Below, piece after piece: positions 10,023 through 20,226 of a stretch of 32,000 nucleotides of DNA. How positions within the stretch are numbered: position 1 is the stretch's first letter; the number at the start of each line of letters is the position of its first letter. A model generated the notes under the pieces. That model saw only the letters and a list, made by a program, of their open reading frames with translations. It was not told the DNA's origin and did no database searches. Source of the DNA: Wolbachia endosymbiont strain TRS of Brugia malayi (lineage in GTDB: Bacteria; Pseudomonadota; Alphaproteobacteria; Rickettsiales; Anaplasmataceae); the NCBI RefSeq assembly GCF_000008385.1, contig NC_006833.1, positions 780,001 to 812,000 on the forward strand. The letters run 5' to 3'. Both the position numbers and the translations under genes were made by a program.

Positions 10023-11530
10023 TTAATATACTCTTATTCTATAATTTAGCGCTTCAGCAATATGTGCTCTTTTTACCTTCTCACTTTTCGCAAGACCTAC
10101 AATGGTTCTTGCAACTCTTAATATGCGTGTGTAGCCTCGATTGGAAATGTAGTTTTCTTTCAGCACGTATTTTAGCAATTCTAGTCCCGCTTGATTCGAT
10201 TTGGTAAATTTATTTAATGTTTCATTACTTACTTCTGAATTGCAACAAATATTTAACCCACTATAGTGCTCAGGTTGAATTTTCTTACTGCCATTACTTT
10301 TTTCTTATACTGTCACAGTACTTTCTCCCCTAGGTAAGTTTTAGGAGAAAGTATGTTAATATTAGAACTTCAATGCACGTATCTATTCTATTAAGCATGG
10401 TTTTGATATTCTGTTTTTATAATCCGTGCCGCATTTCGTGGTTCTATTGCATGATCTACTTGTGCTTTCTAAGTAACCACACATATCTGCAGGGGTCCAT
10501 TGCAGCGATTAGTTAAAAACGCGCTGTATAAGTAATGTGAGCGTTCACCCTTGAAATCTTAGCTTTTCTATCTTCAAGTGGTTGACGTAGAGAGTCGAGC
10601 ACAAGTCTCAGAAACCCCAGTAATTCGTCAAGGAACAATATTCCATTATGAGTCATGGTGATTTCTCTAGGCTTTGCATTTTTTCCTTCTCTTATCATTG
10701 CAGGTATTGAACATGAATGATGAGGTTCACGAAAGGAACTAGTTATTTTTAATATCTCATTATCAACCTGCGTTATGCTAAAAATGATGTTTACATCAAT
10801 CATCACCTGCTCAGTCAAGTCAGGCAGCAGTCCTATAAACCGTTTAGCAAGTATTGACTTTCCAGTACCGGAAGGTCTAATAAGAAGCATATTGCGCTAC
10901 CTGCTGCTGCAATTTCAGCTGCCCTTTTTACCACAACTTGGCCTTTGATATCCTTCATATCAGGAATCGATTTCTTTTCTTTTGGTTTACTAAAAATCAC
11001 TGGTTTAATTAACTGCTCACCCTTAAAATGCCTGATGATATTGGTTAATTTTTCTATAGCCAAAACTGAAACACTCTTTACCCACGAAGCCTCTACTCCA
11101 TTTCCCCTAGGGCAAATTACTCCTTTATTTTTCCCTTGCATTAATTACCGCCAGCAAAACTCTGAAACTGAGATACCCTTGCCATTAAAGGCAAGCTCAC
11201 CCATAATGATATAAGACTGAATTTCTTCAACTGGTATAATATACATTATAACAAGCAGTCTAACAGCAATAGTTAAGTTATAGTGACTGCCTTCTTTCAG
11301 CAAATCTACATAGGAAAAATTGACTGTGACTCTTTTAGGATATAGCAGTAGATTAATTAATTTAATACTGCTTTGATGTGCTCCTTAAACTCCGCAATGG
11401 TTTTATCTGGCAATCAACAATATTAAAGGCAGAAATACCATTTGCCATGGAATTTGCGCATTAACATTTACTACGTTAATCCCCTGAAGCGCGACAGTAT
11501 TTATATTTGTAATCACAACATATTCTATAA
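10023..11530 (-). pseudogene. comM: comM/yifB-type Mg-chelatase-like AAA ATPase, degraded along its full length
   Basis: Collinear fragments in changing frames: VALQGINVVNVNAQI; LPDKTIAEFKEH; PKRVTVNFSYVDLLKEGSHYNL; ATP-binding region (degraded P-loop RPSGTGKSILAKRFIGLLPDLTE); FREPHHSCSIPAMI; FLDELLGF; LVLDSLRQPLEDRKAKISRVNAHITYTARF; C-terminal TRILRVARTIVGLAKSEKVKRAHIAEALNYR. Confidence 0.88.
10319..10353. repeat. Hairpin inside the comM remnant
   Basis: TACTTTCTCC at 10319-10328 is the perfect reverse complement of GGAGAAAGTA at 10344-10353, with further CTA/TAG pairing across a one-base bulge. Confidence 0.7.
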
Positions 11531-11969
11531 AGTTATTAATATAATCTATTAAAGGAATTATAAAGCAAAGTTCACATATTTTGAACTCACATACTTGGGC
11601 TGTCATTAGACTTTTTGCATAGTTTTTGGTAATGCATTGGATGAAACGAGAAACTGACTTGACAAGTGTCAACAACCTTATTACTATAGCACCAAAGGTA
11701 TTTTTGATCACAATTTGTTTTTGGCCTGCAGGTTCAATAACAAAATTCAGTAAAAAAACTCAGGTGTTTATTGGCGGGTTATATCAAATTATTACAGCTA
11801 CACGTCCTTTAAATTTTTCTAAACTCAGCCAAGTTGCGTTTAAACTAAGCGTCAGCAAACTATCACAGTGCCAGCTAAAATTATTATAGGGGTCAAAAAA
11901 AACTTGTCACCCGTGGGGTTTTTACCTTTTTTCCCATTTCATACAAAATACCAAAAATCATTTATACAT

Positions 11970-12601
11970 TTAAAAATTGACCAGCATTAAAAATGATAAC
12001 AAATTCCTACCTTCAAAACTGTACATGGTAATACCAACTGTGCCAATTAGATATGGAGCTATCTCATAATCAACACCGATCTTAAGTTTGTATGAGATAA
12101 CATTCTGCAGCTATTAATTGCAGCGCTCGACTAGCCAGATTCACTCTCACTTGTGTAGATTCATCTTTACCTGTAGATCCATCTCTACTTTTAGAACTAG
12201 GATCACTTGCAGATTTAGGCTTGCTTGGACTTAATACCAGATTACCAATGACAAAATTAGGCGCGAGCTGGATATGTCCATCCAAGCTTCCACTAACATA
12301 TAGTTTAATAGGATTAATATTAAGATCAGTATAAAAACAGTAATTTGCCAATAAGCTAGCTCCTATCATCCTATTTTTATCAGTGATGTTATTAATATGT
12401 AGGAGAACCTCAAGTTCAAATTTAGAGTTCTTATCATGATGATAATTAAAAAAAATACTAGGTTTTCATCATAAAGCTATTATCCCAGCTAGCACCAAAG
12501 TTTAAGCCATAGTACTGACCTTCTAAATCAGCTACCACAACATTAGCTGCACTCGCTAAAGATAAAGTGAGCAATACAACTAAAACACATAATCTCTTCA
12601 T
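11970..12601 (-). pseudogene. Outer-membrane surface protein remnant (WSP/Msp2/P44-like beta-barrel class)
   Basis: Signal peptide MKRLCVLVVLLTLSLASAANVVVADLEGQYYGLNFGASWDNSF, then stops and frameshifts. Middle part NINPIKLYVSGSLDGHIQLAPNFVIG. C-terminal part YKLKIGVDYEIAPYLIGTVGI...LVNF in another frame. Confidence 0.6.
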
Positions 12602-12704
12602 TTTTATACAACTCTTCATACAAAAAAAATATATAATGCATAAGTATACATCTCTTATATTAAAAAAGATATAGTCAAGAAATTAAATAAACTATTCAGA
12701 TTTT

Positions 12705-15302
12705 TTATGTAACTATATTTACTATCTTATTTGAAACAGCATATACAGCGCGAACTTTACTTTGATCGACCCTATTAGATACAGAATTTATTGCTATTTG
12801 CTTCAATTCTTCTTGATGCAAATTAATTGCCACCTCAATTGTTGCACGCAATTTTCCATTAATTTGCACTGCCACAGTCACCACATCATCAATCAGTAGT
12901 GACTTGGCAGCTTTTGGCCAAGGTTGCAGATATAGCATACCTTCACCTCCTATTTCCCGCCATAAGCTCTCAGCCAGGTGTGGTATAAACGGTTCAACTA
13001 CTCTGATTAGTATACATATACCCTCATTGATGAGAGATTTTCCAGTTTTTACATCTATTTCAGCTATTAAATTTGTCATCTCACGAAATTTTGCCACTAC
13101 ACAGTTCAACCTGCAGTTTTCTAAGTCATCTGTAAGTCCGTGTAAGAGCTTATGTATTTTTTTTCTATATCCTAGAAACTTACCTGTAACATTTTTATCT
13201 GGTATCATTCCAGCATGTGACAACATGTCTTCTTTCTGGATCTCAGTGTCAGCTACTTGTTTGACGGGGGATTGATTTAGAATGACGACAGGCTTGAATT
13301 GCATTACCATACGCCATAATTTATTTATATAGCGAGAACAACCTTCTACGCCGTCATTAGACCATTCCATATCTTTCTCCGGAGGAGTGTCAGACAGCAC
13401 AAACAAGCGAGCAGTATCAGCACCATACTTCTCTATGATAAAATTTGGGTCAACTGTATTCTTTTTTGATTTACTCATCTTCTCAACTTTTCCGACTTGA
13501 ATCTTAGCACCTTGTGTTATCAATCTTTTTGCTTCTTCAGGAAACAGCCATTTACCATTCTTGTCTTTGTAAGTTACATGGCAGACCATTCCCTGAGTGA
13601 TTAAAGTAGAGAAAGGTTCCTTAACATTAAAATAGCCACATTTGGTCAAAGCACGACAGAAAAATCGTGAGTAAAGCAGATGCAAGATCGCATGTTCTAT
13701 CCCACCTATATAATAATCAACAGGCATAAAACGATTACATGCATTCTTATCGATGGATTTATTTTCACTACAAAATGCAGCAAAATACCATGAAGACTCA
13801 AAAAAGGTGTCGAACGTATCAGTTTCACGCTCTGCTTGCTCTTTGCATTTTGGACAATTAACAAACTTCCAAGTTGGATGTTTATCCAGCGGATTACCGC
13901 CACTTGTAAAGTCTACATCTGTTGGTAGAGTCACAGGAAGATCTTCTTCTGGCACTGGAACAGTACCACAATTTTTACAATATATAACAGGTATAGGGCA
14001 TCCCCAATAACGCTGTCTTGAAACTCCCCAATCATGCAAACGATAGTTTATTGTTTTCTTACCTATTCCTTTTTCTTCAAGCTTTTCAACTATTACTTTC
14101 CTCGCTTCACTGACCGTTAATCCGTTTAAGAACTCAGAGTTAAACATTATACTATTATTAGTATACTCTTCATTTAGACCATCTGCCATCCTAGTAGCTT
14201 GACACTGGGATCCAGTATAAGAACCCTGATCACAAGCTGGAATGATACCCAAACGGGCTGAAGAAATAACCGGAATAATCGGCAAATCATATTCCTGTGC
14301 AAATTCAAAATCACGCTGATCATGTGCAGGGCACCCGAAAATCGCGCCTTCTCTATATTCCATCAATACAAAATTCGCTACGTAAAGCGGCAATTCCTTA
14401 TCAAGAAATGGATGTTTGACGTTTAATCCAGTGTAAATTCCTACTTTTTCGTTATTTTTCCCCTGTATTTTTATGCTACTGATAAGGTCCTGTATTTCTT
14501 TGCTCATAAGATCTTGCACAATGGGATGTTCTATTGCCACTGCACAAAAAGAAGCTCCAAATAAAGTATGAGGGCAAGTTGTAAAAACCTTTAACTTCTT
14601 ATTCAGGCCAACTATTTTAAACTCTATAGTCACTCCTTCAGACTTTCCTATCCAGCGATCTTGCATCATTTTGACTTTTTCTGGCCAATTCTCTAAGCCT
14701 TGCAAGCACTCAAGTAAATCTTCGGCAAAATCAGTAATCTTTAAAAACCATTGGGATAACTCACGCTTTTCAACAATTGCACCAGATCTCCACCCTTTTC
14801 CATCGACTACCTGTTCATTTGCAAGCACTGTTTGGTCTATTGGATCCCAGTTAACCCACGACTTTTTTCGATAGACAAGTCCCTGTTTTAAAAAATCCAG
14901 GAAAAACTTTTGTTCATGCTTGTAATAGTCAGCCTCACATGTAGAAAGTTCACGTTCCCAATTATAAGAAAGACCTATAGATTTCAATTGTGCACGCATA
15001 TTATCTATATTCTCTTTTGTCCATGCTGCAGGGTTAACATTGTTATCTCTTGCTGCATTTTCAGCTGGTAATCCAAATGCGTCCCAACCAATTGGGTGCA
15101 AAACTTCAAATCCACAAGCTCTCTTGTAACGTGCTATCACATCTCCTATTACATAGTTGCGCAGGTGTCCCATATGAATTTTACCAGATGGATATGGGAA
15201 CATTTCCAATACGTAACATTTCCCTTGTTCATTATTTTTGCCAATAGAAAAATCCCACCTATCTTGATAAAATTTTTCTACGTTTTTAAAGTCATATTTC
15301 AT
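12705..15302 (-). CDS. leuS: Leucyl-tRNA synthetase
   Basis: [20 protein letters not shown] (HIGH region), [16 protein letters not shown] and [12 protein letters not shown] (KMSKS). Contains two extra in-frame segments, listed separately. Confidence 0.97.
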   Translation of the reverse strand: MKYDFKNVEKFYQDRWDFSIGKNNEQGKCYVLEMFPYPSGKIHMGHLRNYVIGDVIARYKRACGFEVLHPIGWDAFGLPAENAARDNNVNPAAWTKENIDNMRAQLKSIGLSYNWERELSTCEADYYKHEQKFFLDFLKQGLVYRKKSWVNWDPIDQTVLANEQVVDGKGWRSGAIVEKRELSQWFLKITDFAEDLLECLQGLENWPEKVKMMQDRWIGKSEGVTIEFKIVGLNKKLKVFTTCPHTLFGASFCAVAIEHPIVQDLMSKEIQDLISSIKIQGKNNEKVGIYTGLNVKHPFLDKELPLYVANFVLMEYREGAIFGCPAHDQRDFEFAQEYDLPIIPVISSARLGIIPACDQGSYTGSQCQATRMADGLNEEYTNNSIMFNSEFLNGLTVSEARKVIVEKLEEKGIGKKTINYRLHDWGVSRQRYWGCPIPVIYCKNCGTVPVPEEDLPVTLPTDVDFTSGGNPLDKHPTWKFVNCPKCKEQAERETDTFDTFFESSWYFAAFCSENKSIDKNACNRFMPVDYYIGGIEHAILHLLYSRFFCRALTKCGYFNVKEPFSTLITQGMVCHVTYKDKNGKWLFPEEAKRLITQGAKIQVGKVEKMSKSKKNTVDPNFIIEKYGADTARLFVLSDTPPEKDMEWSNDGVEGCSRYINKLWRMVMQFKPVVILNQSPVKQVADTEIQKEDMLSHAGMIPDKNVTGKFLGYRKKIHKLLHGLTDDLENCRLNCVVAKFREMTNLIAEIDVKTGKSLINEGICILIRVVEPFIPHLAESLWREIGGEGMLYLQPWPKAAKSLLIDDVVTVAVQINGKLRATIEVAINLHQEELKQIAINSVSNRVDQSKVRAVYAVSNKIVNIVT
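13205..13262 (-). repeat. Short palindromic-type element inserted in frame in leuS (site 2)
   Basis: Reverse-complement sequence GTAGCTGACACTGAGATCCAGAAAGAAGACATGTTGTCACATGCTGGAATGATACC matches most of the element at 14194-14249, in opposite orientation. Encodes [19 protein letters not shown]. Confidence 0.75.
14191..14252 (+). repeat. Short palindromic-type element inserted in frame in leuS (site 1)
   Basis: GTAGCTTGACACTGGGATCCAGTATAAGAACCCTGATCACAAGCTGGAATGATACC. Imperfect inverted ends CATCCTAGTAGCTTG and CAAGCTGGAATG. Encodes [24 protein letters not shown] inside LeuRS. Confidence 0.78.
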
Positions 15303-15314
15303 ACAAACCCAAAC

Positions 15315-15932
15315 CTAATCACAGCTCATATGCATCAAAGGATCGACTGCCTGGCCATTATGTCGTATTGTGAAGCACATCTGCGGGTCTTTATCTTGTG
15401 TACTTGACTTACCTGCAGACCCAATCACTTGACCTTGCTTTACTTTATCACCAATTTCAACGTGTATGTTCTTTAAATAGGAGTATACAGTCATGTAATT
15501 ATCTTTGTGTTCCACTATAATCAAATTCCCATACCACCTCAGCCCTTTCCCTACATATATCACTTTGCCAGAAGCAGAAGCAACCACATTTGTTCCACCT
15601 TGAGCAGCGATTTTCACTCCATCTTTACACACCTCATCAGAAGGGGTAGCTGAAATAACAGTACCTTTTATTGGCATTACAAATTTACAACCTACCTTAT
15701 TAACCGTTATATCCTGCACATTGTTATTATATACCTCACCTATGGCGACTTTTCTACTTCCTTTTTGTACCGAAGGATTAATATCCTCTCTAGTTAAATG
15801 ATATTCTCTTATACATTCTAGGTCTCTCTTCCCATAAAATTCCTCGCCTTTAAGTAATACAAGTGCAGGTTTTTGTAGGCCACAACTTACTAATATTGCT
15901 GATAACACAAAGAACGAGGCTATATGCCACAT
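15315..15932 (-). CDS. M23-family metallopeptidase-like lipoprotein (murein hydrolase/NlpD-like)
   Basis: Signal sequence with candidate lipobox LVSCG. C-terminal M23-like region GTNVVASASGKVIYVGKGLRWYGNLIIVEHKDNYMTVYSYLKNIHVEIGDKVKQGQVIGSAG. Confidence 0.85.
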   Translation of the reverse strand: MWHIASFFVLSAILVSCGLQKPALVLLKGEEFYGKRDLECIREYHLTREDINPSVQKGSRKVAIGEVYNNNVQDITVNKVGCKFVMPIKGTVISATPSDEVCKDGVKIAAQGGTNVVASASGKVIYVGKGLRWYGNLIIVEHKDNYMTVYSYLKNIHVEIGDKVKQGQVIGSAGKSSTQDKDPQMCFTIRHNGQAVDPLMHMSCD

Positions 15933-16621
15933 AAACTTATTTAGACAGCTCAGACTATATTAAATAGCATACTTTTTAAGGTAATAAGATTTTTTTTGTT
16001 CACTGATTCTGGGCCACATCTTCATGAATTGGGCCACAAAATAAGCTCACCGCTTTTTGCAGATAAAACATAAACAATCATGCCTGCTTTTGAACTCGCT
16101 GCTTGAGTTTTCCCACCTGCTCTAATTCACTATTCAACAAAACTACCCTGCTGGGTATCGCTAATTGCTAAATGATCTATTACACTTACACAAACAAAAA
16201 AATTGTCAATATCTTTGGAGAGTGTATAAAGAGTTTTTCACAATCTTCTAATCAACAAGCTTTAGCTAAGATTCTATTGAGTCCATAAACCAGGGTTAAA
16301 TATTCAATTTCCAGCTATATAAAGGGATTACACATTAAAGAAAGGTTAGTAGAAAAAGATTACGGGGTTCCAAAGAATACGCTGCTTCCAAAGGATCAAA
16401 ATCATCTCTTCACAGCACTGTTTACCAATTAAAGCTATTGATGCTCTTCTTAAAGTGTAAGATAGACAAGGGATATTCTTTTCACTTAGCTAAAGAAATG
16501 GATACAGCGAAAAGTTTAACGATGTGATTTTTCAACATATCAAAGGTAATAAAAAAGTACACCTCTTTATACAAGCGAAACACAAACGAGAGAGAGTAAC
16601 AGGAAAATTGAAGTAGGGAAT

Positions 16622-17655
16622 TTGCTTATAGAAGATAAAAATGGTGAATTCCGATTAGAAAAGTATTTCGTTCTTCATCTACAAATTAAAAACGATCAAG
16701 ATTTCACAGATGGTGACCTGGAAGATTTTATTATCTGTACTAATATTAGTTCTGATCTAGATCAGAATACAGTACAAGATATAATCAAAGAAAATGAAAG
16801 TGAAAACTTCAGGACCAAGTAAAGGAAGAGAAATTTCTGTTGAAGTAATAAACACTAGCGATGTCTTTTTTAAGGATAACAGTACAAGATATAAGGTTTT
16901 TTATGTTAATAAAAATATGATTTTAGTAATGAAACAGATATTAAAAAATGCTGTGGAAGGAACGATAGAAGAATTAGAAAAGGGAATAAAAAGACTTCAA
17001 AATAGATCGACCAAGCCCAAGAAAGAAATCGAAAAAAATCAAAGGTGGTAAAGTGAATTTAAGCAACTAATAAAAAAAAGGACAAGTTAGAAGATAATAT
17101 AAAAGAAACTTTTACTAAATTAGTATTTGCAGTAAATCAACCTAATGAAATAGAACTAACAGAGATCATTTAAAATGAGCTAGGTGAGGAGTTTAATAAC
17201 ATTGATAAGCAGAATGTTTACGTTCATTTCAAGGAAGAAATGCTAAATTAGATAAAAGAAAAATAGGGATGTTTTTTAACACGCGAAAGCAGAGAAGAGT
17301 TTTTTAAAAAAGTAAAACAAGAAATTTTGAATCCTGATATTTTACTTGCTATATATGAAATGGCTGTAGTACTCAATTTCCAGGGAAAATATAAAGATGC
17401 ATCAAAATACTTTGAAGAGGTGCTGATATACAAAGAAAAGAACTCGGAAGACAATTCTATTTCTTGTCGCGTTCTCAACCCAATACATAGGATGGCATAG
17501 CATTAAGTTACCAAGAAAAGTATGTGAGGAACGTTAGAAAAGTTCAAGAGGTGCTAGAGGAAAGAGAAAGAATCTTGGGCGATGATCATTGTGACACTGT
17601 AGAAACAAAGCGCATAATAGTTGAGATCACAGCTAAACTGCTGTGTAATTCATAG
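16622..17655 (+). pseudogene. Degraded TPR-containing protein gene
   Basis: One frame reads KKDKLEDNIKETFTKLVFAVNQPNEIELTEII*NELGEEFNNIDKQNVYVHFKEEMLN*IKEK*GCFLTRESREEFFKKVKQEILNPDILLAIYEMAVVLNFQGKYKDASKYFEEVLIYKEK, with stops at 17171, 17249 and 17264. It continues in another frame as YQEKYVRNVRKVQEVLEERERILGDDHCDTVETKRIIVEITAKLLCNS*. The last part is TPR/kinesin-light-chain-like. Confidence 0.72.
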
Positions 17656-18109
17656 ATATTATTCCAACGACAAAATATGTAAAATACACACATGAATAAA
17701 TCAGAAAAAGCCCATTTAGGCTGGTTAAGTACAAAGGGACACATGACTTCACACAACTATAATGTAGATTGTGTTCAAAAAATGTTGAAGCAAGTATCCA
17801 GGTACTATCTCTTATGTTAAACAATTATTTCACTAAATTATGATTGAATAGTTGATTCTTTTTAAGAAGACCAAGAAAATGTGCTTTAAATTCCTCATCA
17901 ATGCTAAAATTATAACTTTCAAGCACTTTCCCTTATTAGCGAGAAGTTGACAAAATTTTAAAAAGTGAAGATTATGGCTTTTGCCCACTGTAGCTGGCAT
18001 GCAAAGAGCTTTTTGAACACGCTCAGATCCTATTGTGAAATAATCAGCCTTTTTTGTGCCTGTAATATACTCTAGCGAGCCTTATGATATACTAAACCAA
18101 TATAATCAG

Positions 18110-18183
18110 TGGGATTGGTAGGTCTCGAACCTACGACCAATTCGTTATGAGCGAACTGCTCTAACCAACTGAGCTACAATCCC
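18110..18183 (-). tRNA. tRNA with CAU anticodon (tRNA-Met or lysidine-modified tRNA-Ile2)
   Basis: Cloverleaf GGGATTG-TA-GCTC...GAGC-A-GTTCG-CTCATAA-CGAAT-TGGTC-GTAGG-TTCGAGA-CCTAC-CAATCCC-A. Confidence 0.92.
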
Positions 18184-18225
18184 CTTCGTTAACACTTATA
18201 ATACATACAAAAACAAATTTGTCTA

Positions 18226-18549
18226 TTAGCTTATTTCATCATCAACCCAACTTGACAGATCATTTATGGTACCAATTTTGCGTGCAATTTCTTTACCGTC
18301 TTGAAATATGATTAATGTGGGTATAGATTGAATCCCATATTTACTTAACACTTCAGCTCCTCCATCTATATTGAACTTGCAGATTTTGATCTTACCTTTT
18401 TTATCTTTAGCCAATTGCTCAACACGCGGCATTAAATTTTTACATGGCCTACACCACTCTGCCCAAAAGTCTACCAGCACAAATCCTTTGTAATCAGCGA
18501 CCTCAGACTTAAAATTTTGATCACTTACTGATGTAATATCATCACTCAT
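18226..18549 (-). CDS. trxA: Thioredoxin
   Basis: VLVDFWAEWCRPCKNLMP (CRPC variant of the CxxC site), YGIQSIPTLIIFQDGKEIARKIG. Confidence 0.96.
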   Translation of the reverse strand: MSDDITSVSDQNFKSEVADYKGFVLVDFWAEWCRPCKNLMPRVEQLAKDKKGKIKICKFNIDGGAEVLSKYGIQSIPTLIIFQDGKEIARKIGTINDLSSWVDDEIS

Positions 18550-18672
18550 AAAATACCCGATCTAATTTGTAAAATATAGCACATAAATCAGTAATTAATC
18601 AACTAAATTCTTACCAAAGAGCTTAAAAAACTGCCCAAGTGCTTTGATAAGTAAAAAACTCTTCACAAATCA

Positions 18673-19293
18673 CTACACTTGGTGATTAAAGATATCCATA
18701 TCTTCCCATCCCATTAAATCTAATTCAACACGAATAGGAAGAAATTCAAAGCATTTTTGTGCTAACTCCTTTCTGTTTTCACGTTCCAACATTAAATCTA
18801 GCTTTTCCTTTATCTTATGAAGATACAAAACATCAGATGCAGCGTAACTTTTTTGCTTGTCTGTCAAATTTTCACTTCCCCAATCAGAAGATTGCTGCTG
18901 CTTATTTAATTTAGTATCAAGTAGCTCTAAGCATAACTCTTTCAGGCTATGATTATCTGTATAGGTGCGAACTAAACGTGAAGCTATTTTTGTACAATAG
19001 CATGGAAGTGCCCAAGTTTCTAGATAATAACATATTATGCTAACATCAAATCGTGCAAAGTGAAATATTTTAGTTATATTTTTATCCCCCAATATTTTTC
19101 TTAAATTTGGAGCTGCATAATCATTTTTGAATTGAATCAGGTGAGCATTCCCATCATTAAAAGAGAGCTGTATAAGGCATAATCTATCTCTAACATGAAG
19201 TAACCCCATTGCCTCTGTATCAACAGCTATAGATCTTACATTATCTGGTATTGAACTAGCTGGCAAGTCATCTTTATATACAAATATCCTCAT
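18673..19293 (-). CDS. Ribonuclease D-like 3'-5' exonuclease
   Basis: IAVDTEAMGLLHVRDRLCLIQLS exo I motif, KIFHFARFDVSII exo II, KQQQSSDWGSENLTDKQKSYAASDVLYL exo III. Confidence 0.92.
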   Translation of the reverse strand: MRIFVYKDDLPASSIPDNVRSIAVDTEAMGLLHVRDRLCLIQLSFNDGNAHLIQFKNDYAAPNLRKILGDKNITKIFHFARFDVSIICYYLETWALPCYCTKIASRLVRTYTDNHSLKELCLELLDTKLNKQQQSSDWGSENLTDKQKSYAASDVLYLHKIKEKLDLMLERENRKELAQKCFEFLPIRVELDLMGWEDMDIFNHQV

Positions 19294-19443
19294 AAGGCTC
19301 TGTAGAATAACAAAACGTCAATAATAATTGAAAGTGAGTTTTAAGTATACAAATATATAGACATAGTTCCTCACATTTCGGTATGTATGGGGTTTACAAA
19401 TTATTACATATACCTATAATTAAGAAGTAAATTTAGGTTAATT

Positions 19444-19516
19444 GCGGGAGTAGTTCAGTTGGTAGAACGCAACCTTGCCAAGGTTGAAGTCGAGGGTTCG
19501 AACCCCTTCTTCCGCT
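19444..19516 (+). tRNA. tRNA-Gly (GCC anticodon)
   Basis: Cloverleaf GCGGGAG-TA-GTTC...GAAC-G-CAACC-TTGCCAA-GGTTG-AAGTC-GAGGG-TTCGAAC-CCCTT-CTTCCGC-T. Confidence 0.95.
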
Positions 19517-19639
19517 CTCTTTTCCGAGATAATGCCATAAAAAATTACTTTGCTTATCCAATTAACCTAATTACTCTGACAATAGAGAGAGTTTTAAAAC
19601 TTTGAAGAATATTGTTATTATCAAAATTAGGGAAGTTGT

Positions 19640-20083
19640 ATGGATAAAGATTTAATACTTTTAGGCATAGCATCAGTAATAGGAGCACTTACAGGTTTAT
19701 GGTTAAGTTTCACAGCTTTATCACATTTAATAATAGGTGGAGTTATTGCCGCCATTCCTGTAATGTTATTGAGTGCATATTATATATGCGATAGTATAAG
19801 AAAAGGAAAGTTCTCCAAAAAAGATCTCTTCGAGTCTTACTTGTGCATGCTTCACAAGTGCCACGATTGGAGTTGGTCCTGTTGTAACCGCAACTGCTTT
19901 TTTCCTGGTGCAATGATTGGCATAGGTTATGCAACTTTAGCAGGTGGAGCAATAGCACCGATTATAGCGATATTTCCAATGTACAGTATTATAGTACCAA
20001 TAGCTGAAAAAGTGAATGAATATATTATTTTTCCTATAATTGAGTATTTTTCTCTAAAAGGAAAAGAACATGAGCAAGTTTAA
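19640..20083 (+). CDS. Hypothetical membrane protein, possibly frame-altered in the middle
   Basis: 147 aa ORF with hydrophobic segments LILLGIASVIGALTGLWLSF, LIIGGVIAAIPVMLLSAYYI and PGAMIGIGYATLAGGAIAPIIAIFPMYSIIVPI. Confidence 0.55.
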   Translation: MDKDLILLGIASVIGALTGLWLSFTALSHLIIGGVIAAIPVMLLSAYYICDSIRKGKFSKKDLFESYLCMLHKCHDWSWSCCNRNCFFPGAMIGIGYATLAGGAIAPIIAIFPMYSIIVPIAEKVNEYIIFPIIEYFSLKGKEHEQV

Positions 20084-20226
20084 GCTCATCAAAAGAGTTT
20101 CTATTTTCTGTTATTCTAGTGTGCAACATTGGAGTAACAGAAGAAGCAACGCTGTATTACTAGTAAAATTTGACATTGATTGTTGATAATTAGAATAATA
20201 GTAGAGTAAGAATTACTCAAGAGGGT

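Noticed and set aside
15940-16600. Possible IS or other gene remnant
   Set aside because: Short readable fragments such as GGPIHEDV-type strings occur, but there are no terminal repeats and no recognisable transposase motif.
16766-16888. Short repeated string ACAGTACAAGATATA
   Set aside because: Only two copies of about 15 nt in AT-rich decayed sequence; could be chance.
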